DNA of 64,000 bases from Squalus acanthias (lineage: Eukaryota): positions 121,646,001 to 121,710,000 of the forward strand of contig CM059431.1 in NCBI GenBank assembly GCA_030390025.1, written 5' to 3'. A program made the translations under genes and the position numbers. The notes under the pieces are model-generated. The model was not told the origin of the DNA, ran no database searches, and saw only the letters and a list, made by a program, of their open reading frames with translations. Positions 1-11,214 of the stretch are shown here, one piece after another. Within the stretch, counting starts at the first letter, position 1. The number at the start of each line of letters is the position of its first letter.

Positions 1-667
1 GCACCACCTTTTCCTGCAAAATGAAGGCAAGTGTATCAGTGAATGTGGTGCAATGTGTTTGGGTGATGTGGCTATCGTGGTTGAATAGCTGACAGTGTGT
101 TCAAGTTGTGAGATGTGAGTGTGAGGCTTGCAGCAGTTTCTGCGGGTGAGGTGAAACTATGAATATGAGGTATGAGTCGTGTTTGGTATAGATTGCTGGT
201 AGGTGAGTGATGGGGGTGTGATGCATTAAGCAATGTGTGAGGCTAGTGTTGCAGATGATGGGACATGGCATTTGAAGATGAATTCGCTGACCTTGACAAC
301 TCGTGTAAGGTCACTAAACTTCTTCCTCACTGTGTCCATGTCCTTGGGGCTACACTGCTGGCATTTACCACAGTGGCTATCTGCTCTCACTGCACTCTGG
401 TCTGTTGCCTGGAGGGCCTCCTAGCCCCCTGTGGAAAGAGGACCTCTCTCCTGGAGTTGACCTCCTGGACCAATTAATTGGAGCTAGCCTTGCACAAACT
501 TGGGCCCCCTGCTGAGCAGCGTGTTAAGTGCTTGGCTGAATGCTACAGCCATTCAAATGAGCAGGCAGCACACAGTTTGCGTGCTGCCTGCTGTCTTTCA
601 AACGGAACGGGTTGCTATCGCATCGCGATCCCCGTGCCCATTTTCAGGGTTATCGAATTTCTAAGCC
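1..667 (-). mobile_element. End of a degenerate PIF/Harbinger element with a Myb/SANT-like exon relic (about 280-530)
   Basis: Minus strand reads ...RKKFSDLTRVVKVS, matching the Myb exon end and donor of the Harbinger at 17742-17981. Ends in a TIR-like GAATTTCTAAGCC. Confidence 0.6.
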
Positions 668-1512
668 ATGGACTTTCCAAGGGCCTTTGATAAGGTACCA
701 CATAGTAGACTCATGACTAATGTCAGGGCATGTGGAGTTAGGCGAAAAATAGCAGAATGGATAGCAAACTGGCTACAAAACAGAAAACAGAGAGATGGGG
801 TTAAAGGTAGTTCCTCAGATTGGCAGAAAGTAGGAAGTGGTGTTCCACATAGACGGGTGCTGGGGCCACTGTTGTGCACCATTTAAATAAATGATTTGGA
901 ACTCGGGAATCGGAAGTGCAATATCAAAATTTGCGAATGACACCAAATTTGGGGATATAGTTAATACCGAGGAAGACTGCGAGAAAATGTGCGAGGACAT
1001 TAATAAACGTGCAGAATTGGCAAGTAAATGGCAAATTAATTTCAATATAGGTAAATGTGAAGTAATACATTTTAGTAGGAGGAACATGGAGGCTACCTAC
1101 TCCTTGGAAAATAAGAGTCTAAATGGGGTAGAGGAGCAAAAGGATCTAAGGGTACAGATTCACAAAACATTAAAAGTAAAAATGTAGGTTAACAAGGCAA
1201 TAAAAAGTGCAAACAAAGCACTGGGGTTCATTTCTAGAGGAGTAGAATTCAAAAGCAGAGACGTTATGTTACTAAACGTATATAGAACTTTTGTTAGACC
1301 ACACTTAGAGTAGTACAGTGCACAGTTCTGATCTCCATATTACAAAAAGGATATAGAACCACTGGATAAAGTGCAAAAAAGATTCACAAGGATGATGCCA
1401 GAACTAAGTGGGTGCAACTAACAGGGAAGATGAACAGGCTGAAGTTCTTTTCTCTAGAAAAGAGAAGACTGAGAGGTGACCTCATAGAGGTCTTTAAAAT
1501 GATGAAGGGGTT
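668..1512 (+). mobile_element. CR1 LINE ORF2 (RT) fragment, left part, pseudogenised
   Basis: Motifs DFxxAFDKVPH, GVPxxxVLGP, KFANDTK, FNIGKCEVIH and SLEKRRLRGDLIEVFK, broken by stops and frameshifts. Confidence 0.95.
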
Positions 1513-3102
1513 TGTAAGGGTCACGGACTGGTGCGAGGTGAGGCTTTCGTTGCCTATACTATTGCTTGCTCTGGTCTCCGGCCAGACTTTTGCAATAAAC
1601 ACCTGTGAGTGGTTCGACCCACGCGCCCTTACGGTTCTGACACCTGGACTTAGATGCAAGGAGCAGTAATGCAGAGAAAAGACTCAAATAGACCTGGTTG
1701 AATAGCACAAAATGAATGTCTTTATTGCATGGCGTCTAAAATCATGAAATACATGTCATAGGCGCAGATCAAAGAGTGTACCTGTATACACACGTTCATA
1801 AAACTTAGTCTATGGGAATGGGGAACACACGACACATCGTAAAAGGGGGAACACATTATACCTTAACCTTATAAACCACCCTCCCTTAATATACCTAAAC
1901 TACGTCTGGATTTGTAGGATCGGGAAACATGCTCACCACTCGGCTCACTTCGGAAATTTAAAATGAGGCTCTCGGCTCGTTTCGCTGCAGCGCCTGACTG
2001 TCACGTGGCTGTAAGGGTTTCTGCACCCGACTTGTTTATTCTCGCTGCCGCGGATGGGTCCACTTGAGACGGCCCCAGTAAAGTTCGTCGCGGATGGCTC
2101 AGGCTATCCGCTCAAAGAGCCGGAGGGTAAGCCAGTCTCCCTGATGTCATGAAGTAGTCTGTAGGAATCAGACCGGATCATGAAGTAGTCTGTAGAATTC
2201 AAAACCGGTGGACTCTGCCGTTTTATCTTCGGGCGCGGTCGGGGTTTACTGACCATGGCGACACGTGGAATTTCTTTTCGTCTTTCTTCTCGTCTTTCTT
2301 CTCGTCACTCGGGTCTCTGGGTCCGGACACCGTTTACCGACGATCGGGATGGTGTACCCTGCTGCCTGCCATGTCGAGGCGGCTCGTTCCGATTGAACTC
2401 CACCCAACACTCGAATAACCGACCAGCACAGCCCCGCCGAAGGAACCAGCGCAAGAGGAAAAAGAGACCGATGGACTTTGTCCCCTATAGTTATACTGCT
2501 TTTTCGGCCTTATCTCCCGCTCAAATCTAAACGTTATCCTTTGTGTGATTTTGGCGCCCAAAACTCCCAGCATGGGGCGATTATCTTCTTAACGGGTTTC
2601 GGTATCACCCGAAACTGGCCAACTATCCGTTAATGCCTTCTCCATTGTTGGGCCAGCCAGGGCGTGTATGAATCGTCTCCTCGACTGGTTTTGGGGGCCC
2701 CCGAATACTGGCTTAATCACCCGCCAATGTGTCTCTCATTGTTGAGCTGGGGGGGTATTTGTGTATTGATGTGTCTGGATGGGTTTTCGATGGCCCAGTT
2801 CAATGATTCTTACTGTGCGTATGAAACGATTCAAGCACTTATATCATTGCTATTGTCCAGGATGCAAACGGGTTGCATCCTGCCTTTTCAATTTGTACCG
2901 GGTATGATCTCATACTGAATGTATATTCGACGCCATCTTGTCTGCCCACTGTGTCTCTGGAAGCTTCTGCCACGATGCGCGGCGGCCATTTTACAGGCTT
3001 CTGTACCCTTTATTATCAAGACAGCATTCCGTTCAATAAAAATGTTCAATTGAACCTGCTTCTCTCATATTATTTGAATCGCGATAATTGCGAAACTCTA
3101 CA
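1513..3102 (-). mobile_element. Solo LTR (1590 bp) of an ERV or LTR retrotransposon inserted in the CR1
   Basis: TGTA...TACA termini with a 4-bp TSD GGTT (1509-1512 / 3103-3106). CR1 text GAAGGGGTT|TGATAGGGTAGAC rejoins across it. Orientation is inferred from minus-strand TATAA (about 2491-2495) and AATAAA (1721-1726). Confidence 0.9.
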
Positions 3103-3290
3103 GGTTTGATAGGGTAGACTGAGAGAGGATGTTTCCACTTGTGGAGGAATCAAAAATTAGTGGCCATAAATACAAGGTAGTCGCTACTAAATCCAATAAA
3201 GAATTCAGGAGAAACTTGTTTACTTGGAGAGTGGTGAGAATGTGGAACTCGCTATCACATGGAATAGTTGAGGCGAATAGCATGGATTTT
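3103..3290 (+). mobile_element. CR1 LINE ORF2 C-terminal fragment, right part
   Basis: FDRVD..MFPLVEES..GHKYK..RRNLFTWRVVRMWNSL continues the frame interrupted at 1512. Confidence 0.92.
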
Positions 3291-3296
3291 TTTTAT

Positions 3297-3662
3297 ATAG
3301 AATTTACAGCACAGAAACAGGCCATTCGGCCCAACTGGTCTGTACTGGCATTTATGTTCCACACGAATCTCCTCCCACCCCTCTTCATCTCACCGTCTCA
3401 GCATATCCTTCTATTCCCTTCTCCCTCATATGCTTATCCAGCTTCCCCTTAAATGCATCAGTACTATTCGCCTCAACCACTCCCTGTGGTAGTAAGTTCC
3501 ACATTCTCACCAGTCTCTGGATAAAGATGTTTCCCCTAAATTTCCTATGGATTGATTAGTGACTATCTTATATTTATGGTCCTCTAGATCTGGTCTCCCC
3601 CACAAGTGGAAACATCTTCTCTACGCATACCCTATCGAACCCCTTCATCATTTTAAAGACCT
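3297..3662 (-). mobile_element. CR1 LINE 3' end (5'-truncated)
   Basis: Reverse complement gives a CR1 C-terminus (FDRV...MFPLVG...RLVRMWNLLP) and 3' UTR. Confidence 0.85.
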
Positions 3663-3786
3663 TTCATTGACCTGAAACATTAACTCTGTTTCTCTCCCCA
3701 CCGATGCTGCCTGACCTGCTGAATATTTCCAGAATTTTCTGTTTTAATTTCAGATTTCCATCATCTGCAGTATTTTGTTTTTGTAT
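3663..3786 (+). mobile_element. Penelope terminal-repeat fragment with the 3' half of a hammerhead motif
   Basis: Inverted homologue of 5310-5420: GACCTGAAACATTAACTCTGTTTCTCTC...GATGCTGCCTGACCTGCTGA. Confidence 0.85.
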
Positions 3787-4228
3787 CAATGTAAGTACCC
3801 TTTTAACGATGTGATGATTGTTAATGACTGCCAATTAACCTCCCTTGCCCAGAACGTAAACGATTATACGTCTGGAGTCTCATTCCTTTCTGTCTCGTTT
3901 TTCTCTCTCTATTAATCCAATCTTCTTTTCCTCTCTTTATTTCTCTTTCCATACCTGATTTGACATTGAATTCACCCACTCCAATTCACTCTCCTTCAGT
4001 CCTTCCTCTGCTTATTGCTCAATCCTTTAATTTCATTGGTTAAGGAGATACACTGTTTGCCCCATTGTTCACCAAGGTCCTAGAGGCCCTGTTGTCCTCG
4101 CTATGCCATTAGCAGCTCACACTTCCAGCCATTTTGTGGACAAAAAACTTTAAAACCCTAAATGTGCAATTGTAAGTATAACTCACGGGGCACGCCGCGA
4201 GATGACCCACTCCAGCAAAATCTGGCCC
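3787..4228. mobile_element. Partial Harbinger-type MITE, family shared with 7645-8250 and 13490-14574
   Basis: Shared internal text (TTTTAACG..TG..ACTGCCAA..AACCTC..GGAGTCTCATTCCTT) and terminus CAAAATCTGGCCC. Confidence 0.6.
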
Positions 4229-4758
4229 ATTATGCTGGGAATATGAACTGATAAACATAATGAGACCATCCACACTGCCTCTTTCATATCTCAACATGGC
4301 TCTCCTCAGGTTTCTCTCTCTTTTTATTTTATTTCTCCATTTCGCTTTTAGCGTTTTCTGAGATATACTAATCATATAATACCCTCTAGTGGCTATTAGC
4401 TTCTACAGTGACTGCAGCATAACAAATACATTGCTGTATTCAAAACTCAATCTGTTATATTAGCTGCTCAAAGATTCCTAACTCATTCCTCTATCACTAC
4501 ACTAGCAATAGCATGTATCTGCCATTTGATAAATTTGATGAACAATGAAACATCTATTGCTATTACTGATTTAATAGCAACTTGCTATATTTGCTGTTTT
4601 AACTGAAAAGTCAAACCTTTTCACCAGCTTTAGTAACTGTCTTCTGTCTTTTTTTCTGTTTATGTAACCAATATAATATTAGTTATCTGTCTGCTTATTA
4701 ATTTTTTCAGTTTATCTTGTAACTTTTTGTGTGATAACCCTTTTATCATTTTGTTCAG

Positions 4759-4819
4759 ATCACGTTTATTCCCAGGGGAACATGGTGCGACATAAAATCA
4801 GTCAACAGCGATTGTTCAG
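4759..4819 (+). CDS. Candidate host internal exon (61 nt), product unknown
   Basis: Pyrimidine tract plus TTCAG acceptor and CAG|GTATCA donor (alternative AAG|GTAGAT after 4832). Higher GC/CpG than the AT-rich flanks. Two open frames: ITFIPRGTWCDIKSVNSDCS or HVYSQGNMVRHKISQQRLF. Confidence 0.4.
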
Positions 4820-5402
4820 GTATCACAATAAGGTAGATTCTGCATGTGTGCTTAGCAATAAAACACACATCTCTATAATTACAGAACAAAGATTGTTGTG
4901 TTTCTCTGGAAATGTCAGGGCATAATCTTTTATGACACACAGTGGTATAAAAATGGTCTTTAATATTTTACCACCTGAGAGCCTCACAGTTCAGATTACT
5001 TTCATTAATGGGCATCTGCATTTCCTCACAACACTAATTTGATGGCAGGTGTAAGGGTTCTGAAGACACAAAGCATTCAGGAAAATTAAAGAATGATTGT
5101 ACATTTAAACAGGATGGTGCTGATATATTTATATTGCAGCAAATGCCATAGTTCAACAGAAAAGTGAATTTATTCAAACAATAAAATACTTTAAAAACTA
5201 AAAATACTCCTTATCTATTATATTCAAATATCTGAACAGAAATAAAGATGCTATGATAATAAATTTATATTTTATTTCGTAGCCAAATATAGAAATTCCT
5301 CATACAATAGCAAAATACTGCGGATGCTGGAAATCTGAAATAACAACAGAAAATGCTGGAAACACTCAGCAGGCCAGGCAGCATCCGTGGAGAGAGAAAC
5401 AG

Positions 5403-5439
5403 AGTTAACGTTTCAGGTCTGGGACCCTTCATCAGAACT
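5403..5439 (-). ncRNA. Minimal type I hammerhead ribozyme in the Penelope terminal repeat
   Basis: Minus strand: AGUU-CUGAUGA-AGGGUCCCAGACCU-GAAAC-GUU-AACU. Complete core, stem II, palindromic short stem III and 4-bp stem I. Confidence 0.8.
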
Positions 5440-5653
5440 GGAAAAAGCTGGAGATGTAACAGATATTAAGCAGGTGCAGAGACAGGGAGAAGGAGGGTGG
5501 GGCGGGGGGCGGGGGGGGCGCGGGGGGGGGGGGCTGAGAGGGGAGGAAGGAATGAATTGAAGGAACATACTGTGCTGAGGTAAGAGGCAGGAAAGATAAA
5601 ATGTTGCAAATGGGGATGGCAAAATCATACAGCATGAAAATTGGGAGCAGGGG

Positions 5654-7160
5654 TTATAGTTTGAAATTGTTGAACTTAATGTTGAGTCCAGAGGGTTGTA
5701 AAGTGCCTAATCGAAAGATGAGGTGCTGTTCCTCGAGCTTACGTTGAGCTTCATTGGAACAATGTAATAGGCCGAGGACAGAGTGGTCAGAGTGAGAGTG
5801 AAGCGGAGAACTAAAGTGACAGGCGACCGGAAGCTCAGGGTCACCCTTATGGACTGAACGGAGGTGTTCCACAAAGCGGTCGCCCAATCTGTGTGTTTGG
5901 TCTCCCCAATGTAGAGGAGACCGCATCGTGAGCAGCGAATACAGTATACTAAATTGCAAGAAGTACAAGTAAATCGCTGTTTCACCTGGAAGGGGTGTTT
6001 GGGGCCCTGGACAGTGGGAAGGGAGGAGGTAAAAGGGCAGGTGTTGCATCTCCTGCGCTTGCACGGGAAGGTGCCAGGTGAAGGAGAAGAGCTGGTAGGG
6101 GCGATTGAGGAGTGGACCAGGGTGTTGTGGAGGGAGCGGTCCCTTCGGAATGCTGAAAGGGGAGGTGAGGGGAAGATGCGTTTGCTGGTGGGATCACGTT
6201 GGAGGTGGCGGAAATGGCGGCGGGTGATCCGTTGAATGTGAGGCTGGTGGGGTGAAAGGCGAGGACAAGGGGAACCCTATCGTGGTTCTGGGAGGGAGGG
6301 GAAGGAGTGAGAGCAGAAGTGCGGGAAATGGAACGGACACGGTCGAGGGCCGTGTCAACCATGGTAGAGGGGAATCCTTGGTTGAGGAAAAAGGAAGACA
6401 TGTCGGAAGCACTGGTATGGAAGGTGGTATCGTCAGAACAGATGCGGCGGAGACGGAGAAACTGGGAGAATGGAATAGAGTTCTTACAGGAAGCGGGGTG
6501 GGAGGAGGTGTAGTCCTGGTAACTGTGGGAGTCAGTGGACTTGTAGTGGATGTTTGTCGATAGCCGATCGCCAGAAATGGAGACAGAGAAGTCGAGGAAG
6601 GGAAGAGAAGAGTTGGAGATGGACCATGTGAAGGTGAGGGAAGGGTGGAAATTGGAAGCAAAGTGAATGAACTTTTCTAGTTCAGGGCGAGAGCAGGAAA
6701 CGGCACCAATACAGTCATTGATGTACCGGAAGAAGAGGTGAGGGAGGGGACCCGAGTAGGACTGGAACAAAGAATGTTCCACATATCCCATGAAAAGGCA
6801 GGCATAGCTAGGGCCCATGCGGGTTCCCATAGCAACACCTTTAATTTGGAGGAAGTGAGTGGAGTCAAAGGAGAAGTTGTTCAATGTGAGAACAAGTTCA
6901 GCCAGGCGGAGGAGGGTGGTGGTGGATAGGGACTGGTTGGGCCTCTGTTCAAGGAAGAAACGGAGCGCCCTCAGATGATCCTGGTGGGGGTTGGAGGTGT
7001 AGAGGGATTGGACGTCCATAGTGAAAAGGAGACTGTTGGGGCCAGGAAACTGGAAACTGTTAAAGTGGCGGAGGGCGTTGGAAGAGTCGTGAATGTAGGT
7101 GGGAAGAGACTGGACAAGGGGAGAAAAAATAGAGTCGAGATAGGAAGAGATAAGTTCCAT
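5654..7160 (-). pseudogene. Penelope RT / GIY-YIG endonuclease, frameshifted
   Basis: RT motifs TMDVQSLYT, QIKGVAMGTRMGPSYA, RYIND (YIDD altered) and LPFLD. GIY-YIG NLVYCIRCSRCGLLYIGET, then RFVEH...E...GLN in another frame. Confidence 0.93.
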
Positions 7161-7644
7161 GGGGCAAGAGCAGGCTGAAACGATGGGTGTACCTAATTCC
7201 TCATTCCATATATCATATTTTAAAACTTTGTCTAATTAAATTTATTCATACTATTGAGTTATCAATAGATTGCGAAACTGTACTTTTAAAAATGGTGTTT
7301 AAGCATACAGTTTAAATTGTTCTGATTCTAGTAATAGCCTTAGTGTATTTAGCAGAAAATTCTCCTATTCTAAGGCTAGATGGCACAACTGTATAACATA
7401 TTGGTTTCCATATCACTGTTCTAAACAACATGACTCTTAATCCAATCCAGGGAAGCAATTGAGCAGTCTTCTTCGTTCAAGGACTTTTAACTGTTGTAAC
7501 AAAATTGAGTTCAAACAGTTTCAACCAAATCCTTAATGGACATGTTAACAGGGCAAAACAGACATTTACAGTTACACAGTAATCAATGGTTTCTATACCA
7601 TCACTTTCTCTCCTCTCCTCTTTCTTCCTCTGTTGAAGATAATA

Positions 7645-8250
7645 GCCCAGATTTTGCGTTGATAATAATGGTGAGGCTATCAGCACTCACCGTTATTACG
7701 GAGTAAATTAGATAGAAATGTGCATTTAAACGCAGAAATCCGAAAGTTGCTGTCAGAGATACCCCACTCCTCCACAGGCTGAGCTATAACAGAACCTCGC
7801 TGATAGACTTGGCACTGAAATCAATGTAATGGCGTGAAGTTGGGTTACTTGTCCATCAGTTACCAACTAAAGTTGCCTGAAAAAATTAGTGCAAGTGCAT
7901 TCAGAAGTAAGTGCATTTTTAACGGTGTGATAAGTGATAATTACTGCCAAACAACCTCTCTGACCCTGAAAATTTAATTTTACAAGTGTGGAGTCTCATT
8001 CCTTCAGAATTTAATTAGGGTTGGAGATTTTTAAAAATTAAAAATTAAAGTAATTTTTTTTAAATTTCTGTCTGTCTCTTTTATCTCTCCCTCTTAATCT
8101 CATCTTTCTTTCCCAATCTTTATTTTGCTTTCTGTACATGATTTAAATCTAATTTATACTTCCTGGTTTAGACTCTGTGTGGCTCAGTAGGCAGCTGTCG
8201 GCGTAGTGAATGGTGCATGCCATTCCTTTGCCGTTGACTGCAAAATCCTT
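7645..8250. mobile_element. Harbinger-type MITE
   Basis: GCCCAGATTTTGC ... GCAAAATCC termini; homologous to 3787-4228 and 13490-14574. Confidence 0.6.
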
Positions 8251-9447
8251 CAGTGGAGTGTATTTCCACTATTATTCACCAGTATGCCTTGGCAGTTATG
8301 TCAGCTGACATTGAACCAGGACAGATCACAGCCAAGCCCACTCCTGTTGTCATCTTACACCCACATATGCAGTCTTCCAGCAGGAGTCCCCATGTAACAA
8401 TCAGGAGTGGAAATCCTGGCTGATTGTAGTACCCTTACTGCCCCCTGGCTAAGCTCAGCTAACTAATCACAGACTGGGGATCAAACATGGAACCATCCTT
8501 CTGTAGTGCTCTGTTGCTCACCTGAAAAATATATTATTATATTTTAATTAATCTAAATTTTAAGGCATGTATCTTCAAGATTAATCATTTAGATAATATC
8601 ACATCTTTGACAGTGCATTACTGGTATTGATTAAGTCTGGGAAACTATTGCTATTAGTTAAGGACCATCAGAGTTATGAAAGAGCAATAGCAATGCTCTT
8701 TCTTCCCTGCATTACATTACACATAATCTTCAACAGCTTGTTTGATCGTCAGACAAAGCTTGCTGTTGTGTGTGTAATCTTAATTCAAAGGTTTCCCGTC
8801 AACCACAACAGAGAATTGAGAACAATTAGATTTGACGTTAATATGATTTAAAGGGGTAGGTAGCTTAGCAGGGGCTCCTTATGTTAGGTTTGACATCCTT
8901 ACCCTACTCCACTCTGTCTCAGCATGACAGGAACAACACGATAGTGACAGATGGGCACAAGTTGTGAGAAGAGATAGATAGATGTATGAAGCTGGATTGA
9001 ATCTGTGTTTTCATATTTCAGTATGGTCCCCAAAGAAAAAAAGCATATTGCCAGTTCTCAACTGGAGCAACTGGCCACATGTGTCATTGGATTATGTATT
9101 ACTTTATCTTATCGTTTTCTCTCAGTATAAAATCAACTTCTCCACCAGGTTTCTTTTTAGTCAGAATAGAGACTTAAATCCCAATTTTAACTCTTGCCCA
9201 GCTTGATGGATATTTACATAGCTTTTTACAACCCAGATGTAATACGCAAGAAATTCATTCTATGAAATGATTTATCAGACTACTTGTGTGGAGATAAAGA
9301 CATAGAATCCTTTCTAAGCAAAGCATATCTTTCTAGTCTAGCTAGTAAGCAGAGAGAAGCATTAAAAGAACCATTCCCACAAATACAACAGTGCCTGCCT
9401 TATTTGATCTTGCATTGGGAGAGGAGCAGGCTTCCAGTAGAATTCTA

Positions 9448-10115
9448 GGGCAAAAATTGGGTTGCGCCCCCTTTGGGGCACTAACTTCGCTGGGGCGCTA
9501 CCCCGAAAAAGTTAGCGCCACCGCGCCCGAAATTCATTGGTAGCGCCCCAAGACGGAGGCGGGGCGCTTCTGGAAACGCTCCCAGGGAATATCGCGGCAC
9601 TATGTGCTGCAGCACCATGCGTGCCGGCACGTAGCACCGCAGTACTGCAGGCCTCCCTCCCCTGATAAAAGGGGAGGGGCCTTGCACAACATGACCTGGG
9701 GCCCAGCTGGGCCACCAGGGATCGGGGTGCCGGCAAAAGAGCCCGGCACTCAAGAAGGGACGGCAGAGCGGGTAGGTGCTGCAGGCGGCCAGCAAAAAAA
9801 AGGCCGCCCGGCACCTCCCCTTTAAATATCGCCGCCCCGGCCGCACGTACGCCCCCCTGACCCTGTCGGACATATCGTCTGGCGGTATGTCAGGGGGCGC
9901 GACTGAAGTTTGCGACCAGGGCGCGAGCGGGGCGCTGCACATGGCGATGACATCATCGGCGGAGGTGCAGTGCCGTGGGGCGCTACTGGCTACCGCTGCC
10001 GCTAACTTCCTGCTGAATTTTGCGGGAGGCATTAGTGGCACCGTGCCCGGGCGTTAGTTGCTTTGTCCCCTGTTAGCGCCCAACGGAAGGTGCAAAGCAA
10101 CCGAATTTTGCCCCC
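9448..10115. mobile_element. GC/CpG-rich Harbinger-type MITE, family shared with 21476-21805 and 54465-55241
   Basis: TIRs GGGCAAAAATTGGGTTGC / GCAACCGAATTTTGCCC; clear homology to the two other copies. Confidence 0.8.
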
Positions 10116-10366
10116 GTACAATCTATCTTTAATCAGCAGTCGCTACTTCTGTAGGCCATCCATAACTTAATTTAAAGTATGGATGTGAATGATACAGAAA
10201 TACCAGGTAGGTTTCATGAGAGCCAGATTCAGGGCAGAGAATATATGCAAAGTTTAGAGGCTGTGAAAGCATGAAATTGCTGAAGAATGTAGGGCCAGCA
10301 CCGTGGACATTGAGAGGGTTTTTTAAAGAGTCGAGTAGGATTACTTCAGGCCACTTTGGACTTTTA

Positions 10367-11211
10367 GGGGATGATTTTGCCAATGGGGAGCTTTTGGAGG
10401 CGGGACTCCCACTTGTCGGGTTTCAGTCCCGCCTCCATCAACTTCTGGCCAACCCACGGTATTTTCCCTTGATTGACCTTGTTAAGCCCGCCCAGTGGGC
10501 TTAGCAGGCTAATTAAGGGAAAGCCGGTTGCAGAGAACATCAACATATGACGTTTCATCTGTCAAAAACTTTTGTCAGATGAACTGTCATCGTTTGACAG
10601 CTCTGTGAAGCTGTCAAACACTGACATTCTCTGTAGTTTGATGAGGTCTTCAATTCAAGATCTCATCAAACTTGTTTCTTTTGCAGAAATAAAATGGTTG
10701 TTGCATTGGAGAATGCAACGGCCATCTGTCATCTCGACCACAGAGGTGCAAGACTCTCCGCATACACACCGACTGAAGCCTGCAGGAAGAAACAAAGGTA
10801 AGTACACTTTTTCTAACACTTTGCACTTACCTCAGATACTCACCTCTCCACTCTTGCACCCATCACTCACCTCCACAGCGCACTTTTGGACCCCGCAGAC
10901 CCACTACTCACCTTGCTGACCTGGCGGGTTTCGGAGCCTTTGGGAAGCCCGCACTTGTGAGGGCAAAAAGGGGATAATCCTATTTTCTGCCTGTTAACTA
11001 CCTGTTAACAGGCAGTTAATTCACTTTAATCTCTTCCCGCCTCCAAGGAGACGGGACCCGGAGCAGGACGGCTACCCGCCTCCTGGCAAGATGGCATGGA
11101 GGCAGGGTGGGGGCGGGTTGGGGGCGGGTTGGGCACCCGCCCCAAATACTGCCATTTTCCCGGCACTCCCGCCTCCATTGCCGCCTCCCCAGGGCTGGCA
11201 AAATCGCCTCC
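10367..11211. mobile_element. Non-autonomous Harbinger element
   Basis: TIRs GGGGATGATTTTGCCA / TGGCAAAATCGCCTCC and TTA TSD. Subterminal text resembles 14988 and 36678. Confidence 0.8.
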
Positions 11212-11214
11212 TTA

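Larger units (their letters stand above)
5304..7194 (-). mobile_element. Penelope-like retroelement, 5'-truncated
   Basis: RT plus GIY-YIG coding region, 3' terminal repeat at 5304-5450, and 10-bp TSD AATTCCTCAT at 5294-5303 / 7195-7204. Confidence 0.95.

Noticed and set aside
2255..2530. 91-aa ORF with an Arg-rich RRRNQRKRKKR motif (Rev/Rex-like) in the solo LTR
   Set aside because: Antisense to the inferred LTR orientation. The basic patch is the complement of the pyrimidine-rich putative start region. Revisit only if conserved among copies.
9481..10057. GC-rich ORFs of 93-186 aa (also at 21552 and 54754-55207)
   Set aside because: Chance ORFs in GC-rich MITEs; frames are not conserved between the three copies.
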